Positions 36,274 to 48,176 of a DNA stretch of 64,000 nt are shown in pieces. Position numbers and translations under genes: made by a program. The stretch lies in assembly GCA_002633005.1 (NCBI GenBank), contig NMRA01000479.1:193690-257689 (forward strand), written 5' to 3'. Each line of letters begins with the position of its first letter. The first letter of the stretch is position 1. The stretch is from Phoronis australis. Lineage: Eukaryota; Animalia; Phoronida. The notes under the pieces are model-generated. The model saw only the letters and a program-made list of their open reading frames with translations, ran no database searches and was not told where the DNA came from.

Positions 36274-37458
36274 CAGAGCTATAAAACAACAAAATCTTTT
36301 GTATTTTTGTGATTTTGCTACAAATCACCAGTTTTCAGTTTTGTCTGCCAGGCATCCACTGTGAAATCCATGCTGGTGACTTTATCAATGTGTGCGTGTG
36401 TGTGTGTGTATTATGCACATAAAGTACTTTGCCTTAGTAGGACTTAGCACCACCAGCTGAGCACTAGACTGCAATCACGGGCTCCAAATTAGTTATGTGT
36501 TAAAACAGATCTCAGAAAATCTCTTTCCTTGCTGATAGGGTCCCATTAAAAACCTGCTTCTACATGCTTTTATTTAAGTGTTTAGCATAATATGCCAACA
36601 TCTAAATTTGCATGTGAGTCTCCAGTGTGCACATAATTATACAGTAATGATTTCCTTCGACAAAAGGTGGCACTCATTTGTTACTGCGCAGACAAACATC
36701 AGAGCTGAGTTCTGTCACTTCAGGAAACTCATGAAAACACAAGTCTGTATGATATTGTCATGCATTACCAGAAAAGCAGGTGACCACATTAGTTTTTATT
36801 GTGACTGCCTTGGGTTTGAAGAACTTAGCCCAAGTTTGGACATAAGTTTTCCTTTTGTTTTTTAAAGTATTGTATTAACACTGAAAATGGTAGGATAAGA
36901 TGTTCCTAAGCAGTGCAGGGACTTCTTAGCAAGATTAGAATTTCTTCTAAACAGGACAATGTAATAGCATGATATTCAGCTTACTGAGACCAGCCACTAT
37001 TTAGTGCTGGTTTGTTATAAATGAAATGGAATATTTTTCCAGTTCGTACTTTTCTACATTGAATGTCTTTGGATGCAGCTATGAAAGGTTTCTAGATAAT
37101 TAGTCAGCAAATCGGTCTTTGAAAATCGTGTTTGGTTCCTTGACGCGTAATGCACCTTTGTTTTTCACACTGTTTACTTGGCTGAGGAAGAAATATAGAA
37201 TTTAGTCCTTTTACTATCGTAAAATCGGACTCTTAATATTCCATGGAGTGGCCAGTCCTATAATTGCAAATTCGAAAGTGGTGCATGTATGCATTATCTA
37301 TGATTGTGTTGCCGAATGCTTTGACTATTCATGATAGGATGAGCAGGGTTAATATGTTTTTAAACCTCAAAGCATTTTGGTTAAATATTCAATATTGACA
37401 GCTGCACAGTGTCAAAGCAACTTTAATGTTAACATACTTGAACATTTAACATTTGTAG

Positions 37459-37623
37459 CTAATGGCAGCCAGCAGCTACTGACCGTTCCCGTAAATCTGG
37501 GGGGTGGGGCCCAGTCGCTACAGCTCTTACCCAGTGGTCAGCTGATTACAGCTAACTTGGCTAGTCTACCTGGCTTGACCAGTCTCTCTGGCCTCTCTGG
37601 ACTTGTGGCACTCAATCAGCCTG
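37459..37623 (+). CDS. POU6: POU6 coding exon
   Basis: TTTGTAG|...|GTAGGT, phase 1-1; ANGSQQLLTVPVNLGGGAQSLQLLPSGQLITANLASLPG... Confidence 0.75.
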
Positions 37624-37889
37624 GTAGGTCTTTATACGTATTCCATAGGTAGCTTCTTCACCAAATGTAACATGTTTCATGGTTAAATTAACAAGTTGTT
37701 ACCTTAATTTGATGATTTGGTGTTCATGGGCAGAGAAGGCATCGAATGATCCTACTTTGATCAAGAATGTGGAAAATATGAGTTGCTCGACCATGACTTA
37801 TATAACATTGTCGCTGTGTGTATACGGTCATCAGTGTACTGTAGAATTATATGTTCTTCACAATTTTTACCCTTCGTCGAATAGATTTC

Positions 37890-38920
37890 TACACATACAT
37901 GGGCACATTATGCCACCATCCCTGTCTGTCCGCCGTCCATTCGGCATCCGCTGTTGTATCAGCAATAGTCTGATATAACATCCCCACATATTGACAATCA
38001 GTTTGATACCCTTTCTACAGTGGAGAAAACAGGTTCTCAAAATGCAGGCATGTTATATCCAACTATTACCGCTGTATCTTCAAAACCTCTTCATAAAATT
38101 TTGCAGATATGTTACTATCATGGATGGGACAGCATGAGCAAATTTCTGGACGGATCTTGCACCCTTGTGACAATTTTATTTTTTACATTTCCCCTAGTAT
38201 ATTCGGAGATCCGTAACAAATTTTCGTGAAACTTGGCACATAGATTCAACAACGTATAATGATGACATTCAGATGGATCCGACTACCCCCTGAGTGATAG
38301 TTATAATTTTTTTACGTTTTCCTCGGTATCTTTAGAGTTCCATGACAGATTTTCATGAAACATGACAAATAGGTTTCTATTATAGAGGCAATGACGCCCT
38401 CTGGTTTTCAGATGGATTACACGTAATGTATGCCATCTAGAAGCAATTTTTATTATTTTTTAGTCTCTGGTCTTTGCCTCTATATCAGCCAAACTATTCT
38501 AAGGATTATTATGAAGATTGGTATACCGTATATGTATTCCTTCAGGGAATAGTATGACTGACAATGCTTTTTGGATGGTTTCAACAACTGTGGACCTTCC
38601 TAGTGGCAGTTAGCAGCTGCCTCTGTATTGGGCAAACCAGTCAAAAGATCGTTATGAAAACTGTTATATGTGCTCCTACTGAGAAGAGCATGCCACAGCT
38701 TATACTGTTGTGGTGACCCCTATTGGATGTTTTGATTTTGTTACATATGCAGCTGTTTCTCCTAAACTGGTGCAGGATCATTGTTGAACTTGGCAAGTGT
38801 ATTTCTGTGAACTTGACAACATCTAACTGCTGTTGAGCAGCCTCGTGGTATTTTTTTGTTTTCCTGTGTATCTTTGAATTCCGTTAATTTAATTCCATGA
38901 AATTGGAAGATACGTTATTG
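37890..38920 (+). mobile_element. Old, diverged HINE family A copy (appears to resume ~41050-41575)
   Basis: GGGCACATTATGCC, CTGTCTGTCC, GATGGATCCGACTAC and CCTAGTGGCAG motifs. Confidence 0.6.
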
Positions 38921-38926
38921 CTTTAA

Positions 38927-40564
38927 AGTCGCCCAATTTTCAGACACTCAAAATTGATTCCAATGGAACAAGCTCATTTTTGGTGGAATATCGAGGGACT
39001 AGACAGTTAAAGGAGCATGCCACCCAAAAAAGAACCTAATTTGTATCAATTCAGATCGAGTAGTTCTACTCCGTAACGACACGTACGGTTTCGTTACCTG
39101 ACACCTGACGGCAGACGGAGGTGTTGAAATTATCCAATGACGTCATCGGTTTCACACGCAGTCTGTTCAGCAGTTCACAACACGGGTTACTGGTGTCAGC
39201 TTATCGCTTGAAGTCATCGTTTAACACCAACAAATCATTAAACTTCTATGTAAAACCCTTAGAAATACACCGAGTTCTTATAAAAACGTGTTGTTTTATT
39301 TTGCTCTTACGGATTTATTGGTATTTGGACACATCGTAGCCTACAAAGTTTGGCAGGCCAATAAGGTCCGTAGCAGGAGTTTGGGNNNNNNNNNNNNNNN
39401 NNNNNNNNNNNNNNNNNNNNNNNNNNNNNNNNNNNNNNNNNNNNNNNNNNNNNNNNNNNNNNNNNNNNNNNNNNNNNNNNNNNNNNNNNNNNNNNNNNNN
39501 NNNNNNNNNNNNNNNNNNNNNNNNNNNNNNNNNNNNNNNNNNNNNNNNNNNNNNNNNNNNNNNNNNNNNNNNNNNNNNNNNNNNNNNNNNNNNNNNNNNN
39601 NNNNNNNNNNNNNNNNNNNNNNNNNNNNNNNNNNNNNNNNNNNNNNNNNNNNNNNNNNNNNNNNNNNNNNNNNNNNNNNNNNNNNNNNNNNNNNNNNNNN
39701 NNNNNNNNNNNNNNNNNNNNNNNNNNNNNNNNNNNNNNNNNNNNNNNNNNNNNNNNNNNNNNNNNNNNNNNNNNNNNNNNNNNNNNNNNNNNNNNNNNNN
39801 NNNNNNNNNNNNNNNNNNNNNNNNNNNNNNNNNNNNNNNNNNNNNNNNNNNNNNNNNNNNNNNNNNNNNNNNNNNNNNNNNNNNNNNNNNNNNNNNNNNN
39901 NNNNNNNNNNNNNNNNNNNNNNNNNNNNNNNNNNNNNNNNNNNNNNNNNNNNNNNNNNNNNNNNNNNNNNNNNNNTCACTCTGCATATGAATCACTGACA
40001 TCGCTAGCGTCGTTTCTCACCTTCCTCACAGGTTAACGCGACACCTCTTAGCAAGGTAAGATCGACCGTGTGCGAAGCGATGTGGATATAGACCAATTAA
40101 GACGGCAAAAAAGACTAATTAAATCGGGTGGCATTCTCCTTTAAGGTGTCCGAGTTTGGCGGACCTCTAAAATGGGTCATTTCATAGATAAAGTGTGAAA
40201 CATAAGATAAATGCAAGACAGACTCGAGAAACAATCGTGTTACGGTCGTATCATTGTTATGGCAAGGTAAAAATTACATATCCTGTTACACCAGTTCTCG
40301 GGTTCAAGGCTTATAGAGTTGTAATCATCCACTGAACACTTTAGCGGCATGAGAGTTGCGTCGATCCAAAATTAACATTTGTAAGATTTTCCTTGTCTGA
40401 AATTTGTGGGACAGAAATCCGATATTGATGACATTGTCCGAAAATCGGAGACCATTGAAAAAGAGTTTTTGGACCTTGTATGAATTTCTTGGACTATGGA
40501 AAACTCATTTTAGAAATATTTATTCTTGTCCCAAAATGACGGGCCGATGAAAAGTCGCGCTACT
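38927..40564. mobile_element. TTAA-flanked non-autonomous element interrupted by Kolobok B
   Basis: Imperfect TIR AGTCGCCCAATTTTCA / TGAAAAGTCGCGCTACT; flanks TTAA and TTAC; body homologous to 27730-28045. Confidence 0.55.
39011..40140. mobile_element. Kolobok family B, second copy (gap N 39386-39975 inside)
   Basis: TTAA flanks; both ends closely match 20829-21185 and 22380-22530. Confidence 0.88.
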
Positions 40565-41061
40565 TTACCGTATGAAAGAGCCAATGATACCTTCCCATCT
40601 TCAGAGAGTTTTTGACGTCCCCCTCTCTATCAGTCAAACCACACTAAGGTTCTTTATGTGTTTTTGCTGCTGTGGAATGACAGACGGTGATTTTCAGACT
40701 GGTCTGATTGCTGTCGCATCCTCTGCTTCTGCTTTAGAAGGCGAGCCTGCATGTGCCGGATGTTGGGCCCGAGAAGGGAATGTGGTCCTTTCCAAGCATA
40801 CAAGATGCTCATAATTTCTTTTTGCCTTAAACATACTCCAACCAGGCACACTGGCGGGCATTTCCTGAGTTCACAGGTTTCTCATTTTAGGTATTTTGTT
40901 TATTTTATTTTTGGCTCTTGCCAACTATGTGCCGTTTGTAGACTGAGGGACTTTCACAAACTGCCACGATACCATATTTCCTCGTTTTGTCGATGTAGGA
41001 ATTTTGCCAAGTTGAAGTTGACGAGTTGACGCCATGATGAGTGTCAAGTGTTTATCTTCAG

Positions 41062-41233
41062 AGTTCCGTTGATGAATTATCATGAAATCGATATGTGTTC
41101 CGTTGATGAATTATCATGAAATCAATATGTGTTCCGTTGATGAATTATCATGAAATCATTATGTGTTCCGTTGATGAATTATCATGAAATCAATATGTGT
41201 TCCGTTGATGAATTATCATGAAATCAATATGTG
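41062..41233. repeat. 34-bp tandem repeat, 5 copies
   Basis: GTTCCGTTGATGAATTATCATGAAATCAATATGT. Confidence 0.92.
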
Positions 41234-41716
41234 TTTTTATTGAGAAGAGTTTAGCTGATGTGGGTCCTATGGAGTCCTGTGGTGGCAATTTGTTTTTCCG
41301 TTGTGTTTATCAAATTCTTCGAATGCTCATGAAATTTGGCAAAGAAGTTATTTTCAATGTACACTATAGCACAAGCTCAGTTTCAGACGGATTTGGCCTA
41401 CGTTGCACCCCCTAGTGATGTTTTTATTTTTTTGTTAAGTTCTTTGTTACTCTCTTCCCTGTCCTCAAAACAGCATGAAGAATGATGAAAGGTGGCTGGT
41501 GTGTTCCTATTGAGGAGAGCATTGCTGCTTTGCTGTGCACCTCTTACAGGCGCATCAACACTCTGCCTTGATCTTGGTGTTGTTCTGCATCTATAGGGCT
41601 GTCCAGATAGTCATAGGAATAATTACAGTATAAGCAGAGTCGTCTTGCCATAGACCCTGACTTTTCCTTGCTCTATAAACTTTTTAAGTGCAAAAAATGT
41701 GTAATGTGATCTCATC

Positions 41717-42068
41717 GATTAATGATTGTAGCAACCGCAACAGCCACCAGACACACATTGGTTAATGATTTTAGCGACTACAACCTCGGACAGACTTTGA
41801 TTAATGATTTTAGTGACCATGGCCATAGAGAGACACTGATTAATGATTGCAGTGACTGTGACCATAGACAGACACTGATTAATGATTGTAACGACTGTGA
41901 CCACAGACAGGCTCTGATTAATGATCGTAATGATTGTGACCACAGACAGGCTCTGAATAATGATTGTAGTGACTGTGACCACAGACTGATTAATGATTGT
42001 TGTGACTGTGACCTCAGATGGACACTGTTTAAGGATTGTAACAAGTGTGACCACAGACAGACTTTGAT
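41717..42068. repeat. 39-bp tandem repeat, ~9 copies
   Basis: GATTAATGATTGTAGTGACTGTGACCACAGACAGACTCT-like units. Confidence 0.88.
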
Positions 42069-42339
42069 GAATGGAAGCAAGATATTTGTTCATTGCAGGC
42101 GGCATGAATCTATTTATAGAATGTTGGAATGTGTTGCTTGTAAGCTACTGTGATGGTGTGAGGTGGTTTGTCCATCATGCATGTGCTTTTATTAAATGAT
42201 ACTTTAAGAAAGTTTAACCTTGATCCTACCCCGTTAATGCCACCTTCACTTCTTTCTCATGTAATTCCCCCATAACTGTGTCGTGTTAGTCTTCAGTAGT
42301 TTACTACCAACTGTTCACTGTTTGTCTTGATCCCTGCAG

Positions 42340-42461
42340 TGACCACTTCTGTAGTGACAACATCATCTGGTAACATAAAGTCAGAGCAATCCCAGCTTCC
42401 TTCCAGTCCAGTGACGCCTCAGATACTCACCTCTGGACAGATCGTGGCCATGGGCGCGCAG
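42340..42461 (+). CDS. POU6: POU6 coding exon
   Basis: CCCTGCAG|...CAG|GTATTC, phase 1-0; VTTSVVTTSSGNIKSEQSQLPSSPVTPQILTSGQIVAMGAQ. Confidence 0.75.
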
Positions 42462-43899
42462 GTATTCATACACTATTCATTCATCGTTGTTATCAGTATG
42501 TCTGTAACTTACAGCAAGTATGCAGACACCTGGAATTGAGATGGTTTTAGTTGTACATTTTGAAGCAAGGTGAACAGAAATATGGATAAACTATTTGGAT
42601 GATTTAATGTGTACTGCAATTTTGACTTCTTGATTTGTTGTTTGAAGAGTTATTAGTGAAATTTCACTTTTGACATTAGAAATTCAAGTTTTAACCTTAC
42701 AAACAAGGCATTGATAGTTACATTTTTTGTTTTACAATTGAAAGTTTGACATCTGAGGTCTTCAGCAGTTGCACATAATTGTGCAATATTTTGGAAAGAT
42801 TTGTAGGTTTTAGATTACGAAATTAGAACACCATTTTATTTGGAAAATGTGTCAAAAGTAATGACTTATTTTCAGTTCATATTTTTACGTTGAAGTTAAA
42901 CTACTGTTTATTTCCTGTGAAAAGTTGTGTAATTCAATTTTTTTAAAATATCTTCTTTTGTTGCTGAATGTGCAACATTTAAAAATAAGTCCACTTGCGG
43001 CTTTATTCGCGGTTGTCGTGATTAGCTATGATATCATGCGTGGGGGGACAGAACCCGCCATATTTGCCATTGTGTTGTATGCAGCCTCATTCATGTCGCG
43101 TTAGATATTTTATTATTTTAGCTGTCAATAGAAAGTTGGCGACTGTGTCACAGCTTCGTCATTGGTTATTCGATCGTGGAATCACAGTAAATGCTAGTTG
43201 TTGTCAAAATACAGCTACGTACCACTGTTTGCAGCCTTGACGCAAAGCTGTGTACGAACTAAATAATATACAGCTTTGCATCGATATAGGTAAAAAACTG
43301 GCTATCTAAACTCTGTCACAAAATTAGCGTCATTAAAAACTGCACTCTTCCTCGAGTAAACTAAACTATTTACTGGTGTTGGAAACATTGGCGTTATACC
43401 GCTATTCGGCTGCTAAAATTGTGGAGCGTTCTTTTGCTTCGGCTTTCGGCACCATGAAATATTGTTTCACTTATTGGCCAATTTTTTTCGCAGGTTGTTC
43501 AATCAACTGTTCTTCTCTTCCCGTCACGAGGTTGCGTACCCATTATCGAAACTGGTTTCATTTCTTTTCAAATTTTTGGTACTTCAGGAAAAGATTTGCT
43601 GCTACAAAGCTGTCATCATGCACATACGCGTGTGCGGTTTTCAAATGATGACAGACTTTTCATTGTTAGAAATGGCGGAGAATTATGCAAGAAAATGATG
43701 TTAATTGTTTTTTACTTAAACGGGTGCAACGGGCGAGGTGAATATCGGTTGACTCCCAGATTTTGCATGTACCCCTGCCGGTCGTTAGTTCTACATTGTT
43801 CATATAAGTTTCACGATGAGCAGAAGTACTCCGGCTGTGTGAAATTCCGGGATCTAACAGAGTTTAACACGTAGTGCTTTGTGGCTGTATTTTGACGAT

Positions 43900-44035
43900 A
43901 GTCTTCGTACAGCTAGCTGGCTGGCTAGTCTTCGTACAGCTGGCTGGCTGGCTAGTCTTCGTACAGCTGGCTGGCTGGCTAGTCTTCGTACAGCTGGCTG
44001 GCTGGCTAGTCTTCGTACAGCTGGCTGGCTGGCTA
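43900..44035. repeat. 27-bp tandem repeat, 5 copies
   Basis: AGTCTTCGTACAGCTGGCTGGCTGGCT. Confidence 0.92.
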
Positions 44036-44566
44036 AATACACAATGGTCCCTAGCTGTATTTTGACAATAGTCTTAATACAGCTATCTGACTGGCTACAC
44101 TGTGTTATACCCCGTGCCGTCCCGGTTGCTATAAATTGAGTCACTGTTGCAAGTTCCGTAACAACAATGTTTCACGGGCATTTTGTAGAGCATAGTGAGT
44201 TAACACCAGTCAAAGGACACTATTAATACAAAAATTTTCAATACTAACGAAATGTTACGCTGCAAGTATGTAAAGCGCGAGATTTATAAGTCACGGTTAT
44301 CGACATCTGCATATAGTGATGTATGAGATGAACTATCAATTCTCCCCACTCTGTCCCCTGTTTCCGGACAGTTCTATCTGCTCTTGCATTTAGTTGTGTG
44401 CATACAACCTGCAAGTGGTCTATTTATCTTCATTGCTTACTATATTGTCTGGGTAGTGGAGTCATTACTCTAAGGTATTACATAGTTGACTCTTTAGAGA
44501 TTGTGACACTAAGTTAAGTGTTTTACATCAACTTACTGACAGGCAATTTTATTGTTCATTTTTCAG

Positions 44567-44713
44567 TTATTATCTCCATCCGCTGTGGGTGTCAGTCAAA
44601 GCCAAGCCCCGCCCAACACCACTGTGCACCACATCCCAAAGTCTATGGAGTCGACCAATAGGCAGCTTCCAATCTCATCACATTCTCTGGACAGCTCCAC
44701 CACATCACTAACA
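44567..44713 (+). CDS. POU6: POU6 coding exon
   Basis: TTTTTCAG|...|GTTAGT, 147 bp, phase 0-0; LLSPSAVGVSQSQAPPNTTVHHIPKSMESTNRQLPISSHSLDSSTTSLT. Confidence 0.7.
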
Positions 44714-45042
44714 GTTAGTGTCTAGATGGTGCTGTAAGCCAACTCTCTGCTTGTACCACTGGTCTTAGTTATCATTAAAGTAAAGTCATGAATGTTGCTT
44801 CAATCTTTAAATATCTAATGCTGTTGAAGTTACTTCAGTCTCTTGTAGCAGGAATCAGTAACAAGGTGTGGAAATGATTCCATGGCAGTACCTCTAAATT
44901 CCAGGTGCTACCCCTCAAATCTCAGCAAACAACAAATCTGTGGAACAAATTCACGCCCTTAACTCTGTATGCATGCCAAAAATCCATCATACTAATGTAG
45001 CAAACTGTAGACTCAGACGATAGGTGTAGAATCTTGTCCTAA

Positions 45043-45280
45043 GGTATGGATATTAGTCCCCAGGTATGGAGGTTTGTGACTGGGTATGGAGATTGGTCCC
45101 AAGTATGTAGATTGATTCCCAGATATGGAGATTGGTCCTTGGCTATGGAGATTGGTCCCCGGGTATTAGATTGGTCTTCGGGTATGCCTTGATCCCTGAG
45201 TATGGAGATTGGTTACCGACTATGGCGATTGATCCCCGAGTGAGGCGAGTGGTTGCCAAGTATGGCGATTGCTCCTAGGG
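45043..45280. repeat. Degenerate ~20-bp tandem repeat
   Basis: GTATGGAGATTGGTCCCCAG-like units. Confidence 0.75.
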
Positions 45281-45587
45281 TAGATTTGGATGTACATTCA
45301 TGAGAGGCGGGTGCAATGCTCGTTCAGTTCCAGCACCCAACAATTTGGAAAGCTGATATTTTGTTGACTCTTTGTCAAAAAGTGTGGTTTGACTTGGCAA
45401 AAAATATTATTTTAATGAATTAGTAATAAATTTTAATTGAAAATGTGTGATGAGTATATTACTTTTGTTGTGGTTTCGTATTTCCTTTTAGCTTCACAGT
45501 TATTTCCACGATTTTATTTAAACATGTTTTTCAACAGATACATTTCATCACATTCTTTAATTGCTAGCTTTTCCTTCTTCCACCTAG

Positions 45588-45810
45588 AACAACACTAAAC
45601 CCAGGCCAGTTGTGGAACCAACATTCACCTACCCATCAATCACAGTTCCTCCCGCCCACTCGGTGACCGTGACAGCGCCCCCAAATACTCAGTCAACAAC
45701 ACCGTTACCTTCCATACAAACATTGACTCAGCACGCCCCTAGTGTTTTATCACAAGTCAGCCAGTCAACAGCCAATGGACTTCCAGCTAACATCAATCAG
45801 CTGTTGCCGA
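45588..45810 (+). CDS. POU6: POU6 coding exon
   Basis: Polypyrimidine tract + TAG| ... |GTAAGT, phase 0-1; NNTKPRPVVEPTFTYP...ANINQLLP. Confidence 0.8.
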
Positions 45811-46737
45811 GTAAGTGGACTTACTATTGGTCATTAAATCTGCAATAATGTGTTGTTTAGTCTTTGGCACTTGCGCATAACTTCAATTTGTTTGTGGAGA
45901 AGACAGTCAATGACTTGCTATGTTTTCAAGATGACTTTTGTGACCAGTAGTCAGAGTTTTGCAAATATCTTTTTGTGTTGTGAACCGTTAAGTAAAATAT
46001 TTCATGGTGTCAATGAAAATTTGTAATTTGTGACGTAACGTTAACTTGTGACGCAACGTTTATTTGTTGCTTTTCTTTGGTCTTTTTGCCTGCATGTGGC
46101 TAACTCTTTGTTTTTATCCCCTGTTAATCCTCACCAAGGGGTATGAGGTTTAGTTGTTCAATAAATTCTATCTTCATCAATCAATATCAGGTGCTGTCAA
46201 GGTTTATGTCTTCCTCTTAGGGTTACCAATAGAGCTGTTCATTGACCTTGACCTTGAGAGCTCAGCTGATGAACTTTTATTCTCAGCAAGGAAATTTTGT
46301 GATCTCATTTTTGATAAAACTTTGGTACCTTCAAGTTAATACTTCAAGTTTTCAAGATATCTAACATAGCTATCATCTGGATATTTTAGGAAAATTTGTC
46401 ATTGTATAACTGTTAGTCCTTGGAAAATAAAAATCTGAGTGATTCTGGCCAAAGTGAGTGACATGTTATCAATAGTTCATTTACAGTCCTTGTGGGGTCT
46501 CTCCTTTGCAGATGTTCCTTGTAAACAACATTCTAGGGCTGCAGGCCATAGACTCAGGACAATGTCAAGAAAAGTTAGTGTAATCACTTGCTTTGCTTGT
46601 AGTGCATGGCGATATCTCGTGAAGACTTGGGTTATCTCATGTTATCGTTTCATCGGGTCTATAGAATGCATCCCTGCATTTTGTTATTTACATAATTATT
46701 CTGTAATGAAATTACCTATGTATATTTGTTCTTTTAG

Positions 46738-46915
46738 ACACTGTCAGCAACAGTAGTGAAAAGACAACTGTGGATGGTATTAACCTTGATGAGATCAAAG
46801 AGTTTGCTCGCATGTTTAAGATCCGCCGCCTCTCTTTAGGCCTGACTCAGACTCAAGTGGGTCAGGCGTTGAGTGCCACTGAGGGCCCAGCATACAGCCA
46901 GTCTGCCATCTGTAG
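46738..46915 (+). CDS. POU6: POU6 exon, POU-specific domain part 1
   Basis: VDGINLDEIKEFARMFKIRRLSLGLTQTQVGQALSATEGPAYSQSAICR, the class VI POU signature; phase 1-2. Confidence 0.96.
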
Positions 46916-47359
46916 GTTAGTGCTGAAACTCTCAGTCAGCTAACTGTGTTTGGCCTGCATAAAATATTCAATCAGTTCTTGAGCAGTCAAGCTGTGTATC
47001 TTCTCACTGATTCACCCTGTCTGACTGTCTGTTAATGAATTGAAGCAGCTCACCTTTACAAAGCTGGCCTTTTAAAAGTGATGGATTTTGACACTCTTTT
47101 TACGTGCTGGTGATTGTGTGATATCACTTTGTATGGTCTTGTGAAAATATTTGTGACATATTTTGTATAATTTTGTAACAGAGTTTGAAATTTGCAATTT
47201 GGGTGGTGAATTAGATGGAATTGAGACTCCACAAATCTTTGTCATGAAGCATCGGAATTGGTTGCGTTTTTTCTCATGTTGTTCTGAAGTGAATAGTGTC
47301 AATCGTGATATCTTTATTTGACACTGCCGGCTCTTTGTACTGTCTGTTCATTGTCTCCA

Positions 47360-47870
47360 CAGGGCTTGGAATTTTCCGCGGAAACGCGGATTTCCGCTTT
47401 TTTCAAATGTTCTTTCCGCGCATTTTATTATATTTCCGCGTAAAAAAAAATCGGATTTGGTATAAAATTTCCGCGGCAAATTCCTGTCTTACCGCGGCGT
47501 TGCCGATGACGTTCACCTCGAAAAGCGGAAGTTGCTCTTTATGTTTCGGAGGAACGTAAATTGTCAACATTGCCGGGGCATCTGGGATAGCGTGGTGGGA
47601 TTTTCAATGGCGTCCCGTGTGATTGTAAACTGCGGTGACAAATACTACGGCTCTGCAGCCAAAAATGTGTGGGGGTCGGAGTGGATGGATGAGATAAAAA
47701 GACGCAGACGCATGCTACTGATGGCAGTAACGTTTTTTTTTCTTTAGTCCTACCGATTTTTGTCGGCGAAAGGTTCACATTGACTATTTCAAGGCTGGGT
47801 AGCGACTAGCGCGCATGTTTTGGGCCGTAAAAGTTTCCGCGTTTTTTGTCATTGGTCATTCCAAGCCCTG
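47360..47870. mobile_element. hAT-like MITE
   Basis: 13-bp TIR CAGGGCTTGGAAT; flanking duplication TCTCCA; subterminal TTTCCGCG repeats. Confidence 0.8.
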
Positions 47871-48050
47871 TCTCCAAGAAAACGTGTCATGTGGTTTCAG
47901 CACAAGACTGCAACAGCTCAATCAGGCAAGAATGCCACCTGGTGTCTAAATCTAGATTGTCTAAAATGGTACTGTTTCCAATTTTCTTTTTGATGATGTG
48001 ATTATAATTTATTTCATTTTGTTTCATTTTCTTTGTTTGGTGTTATGTAG

Positions 48051-48176
48051 GTTTGAGAAACTGGATATTACACCAAAAAGTGCTCAGAAAATCAAGCCAG
48101 TGTTGGAGAAGTGGATGGGTGAAGCTGAGGAACGCTACAAGAATGGCTTGTCTAACTTGACAGATTTTATTGGAAG
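48051..48176 (+). CDS. POU6: POU6 exon, POU-specific domain part 2 and linker
   Basis: RFEKLDITPKSAQKIKPVLEKWMGEAEERYKNGLSNLTDFIG; phase 2-2. Confidence 0.96.

Noticed and set aside
39288-40001. Long ORFs in the track spanning X runs (also 18440-18949)
   Set aside because: Artefacts of N gaps.
40697-40745. Exon-like segment TTTTCAG|TGLIAVASSASALE in a POU6 intron
   Set aside because: The attractive frame is phase 0 while the flanking POU6 junction is phase 1, and no strong GT donor follows.
41722-42153. 143-aa ORF with repeated LINDCxDCDHRQ, resembling a metal-binding repeat protein
   Set aside because: It is the translation of a 39-bp minisatellite inside a POU6 intron, open in several frames on both strands, with no other gene evidence.
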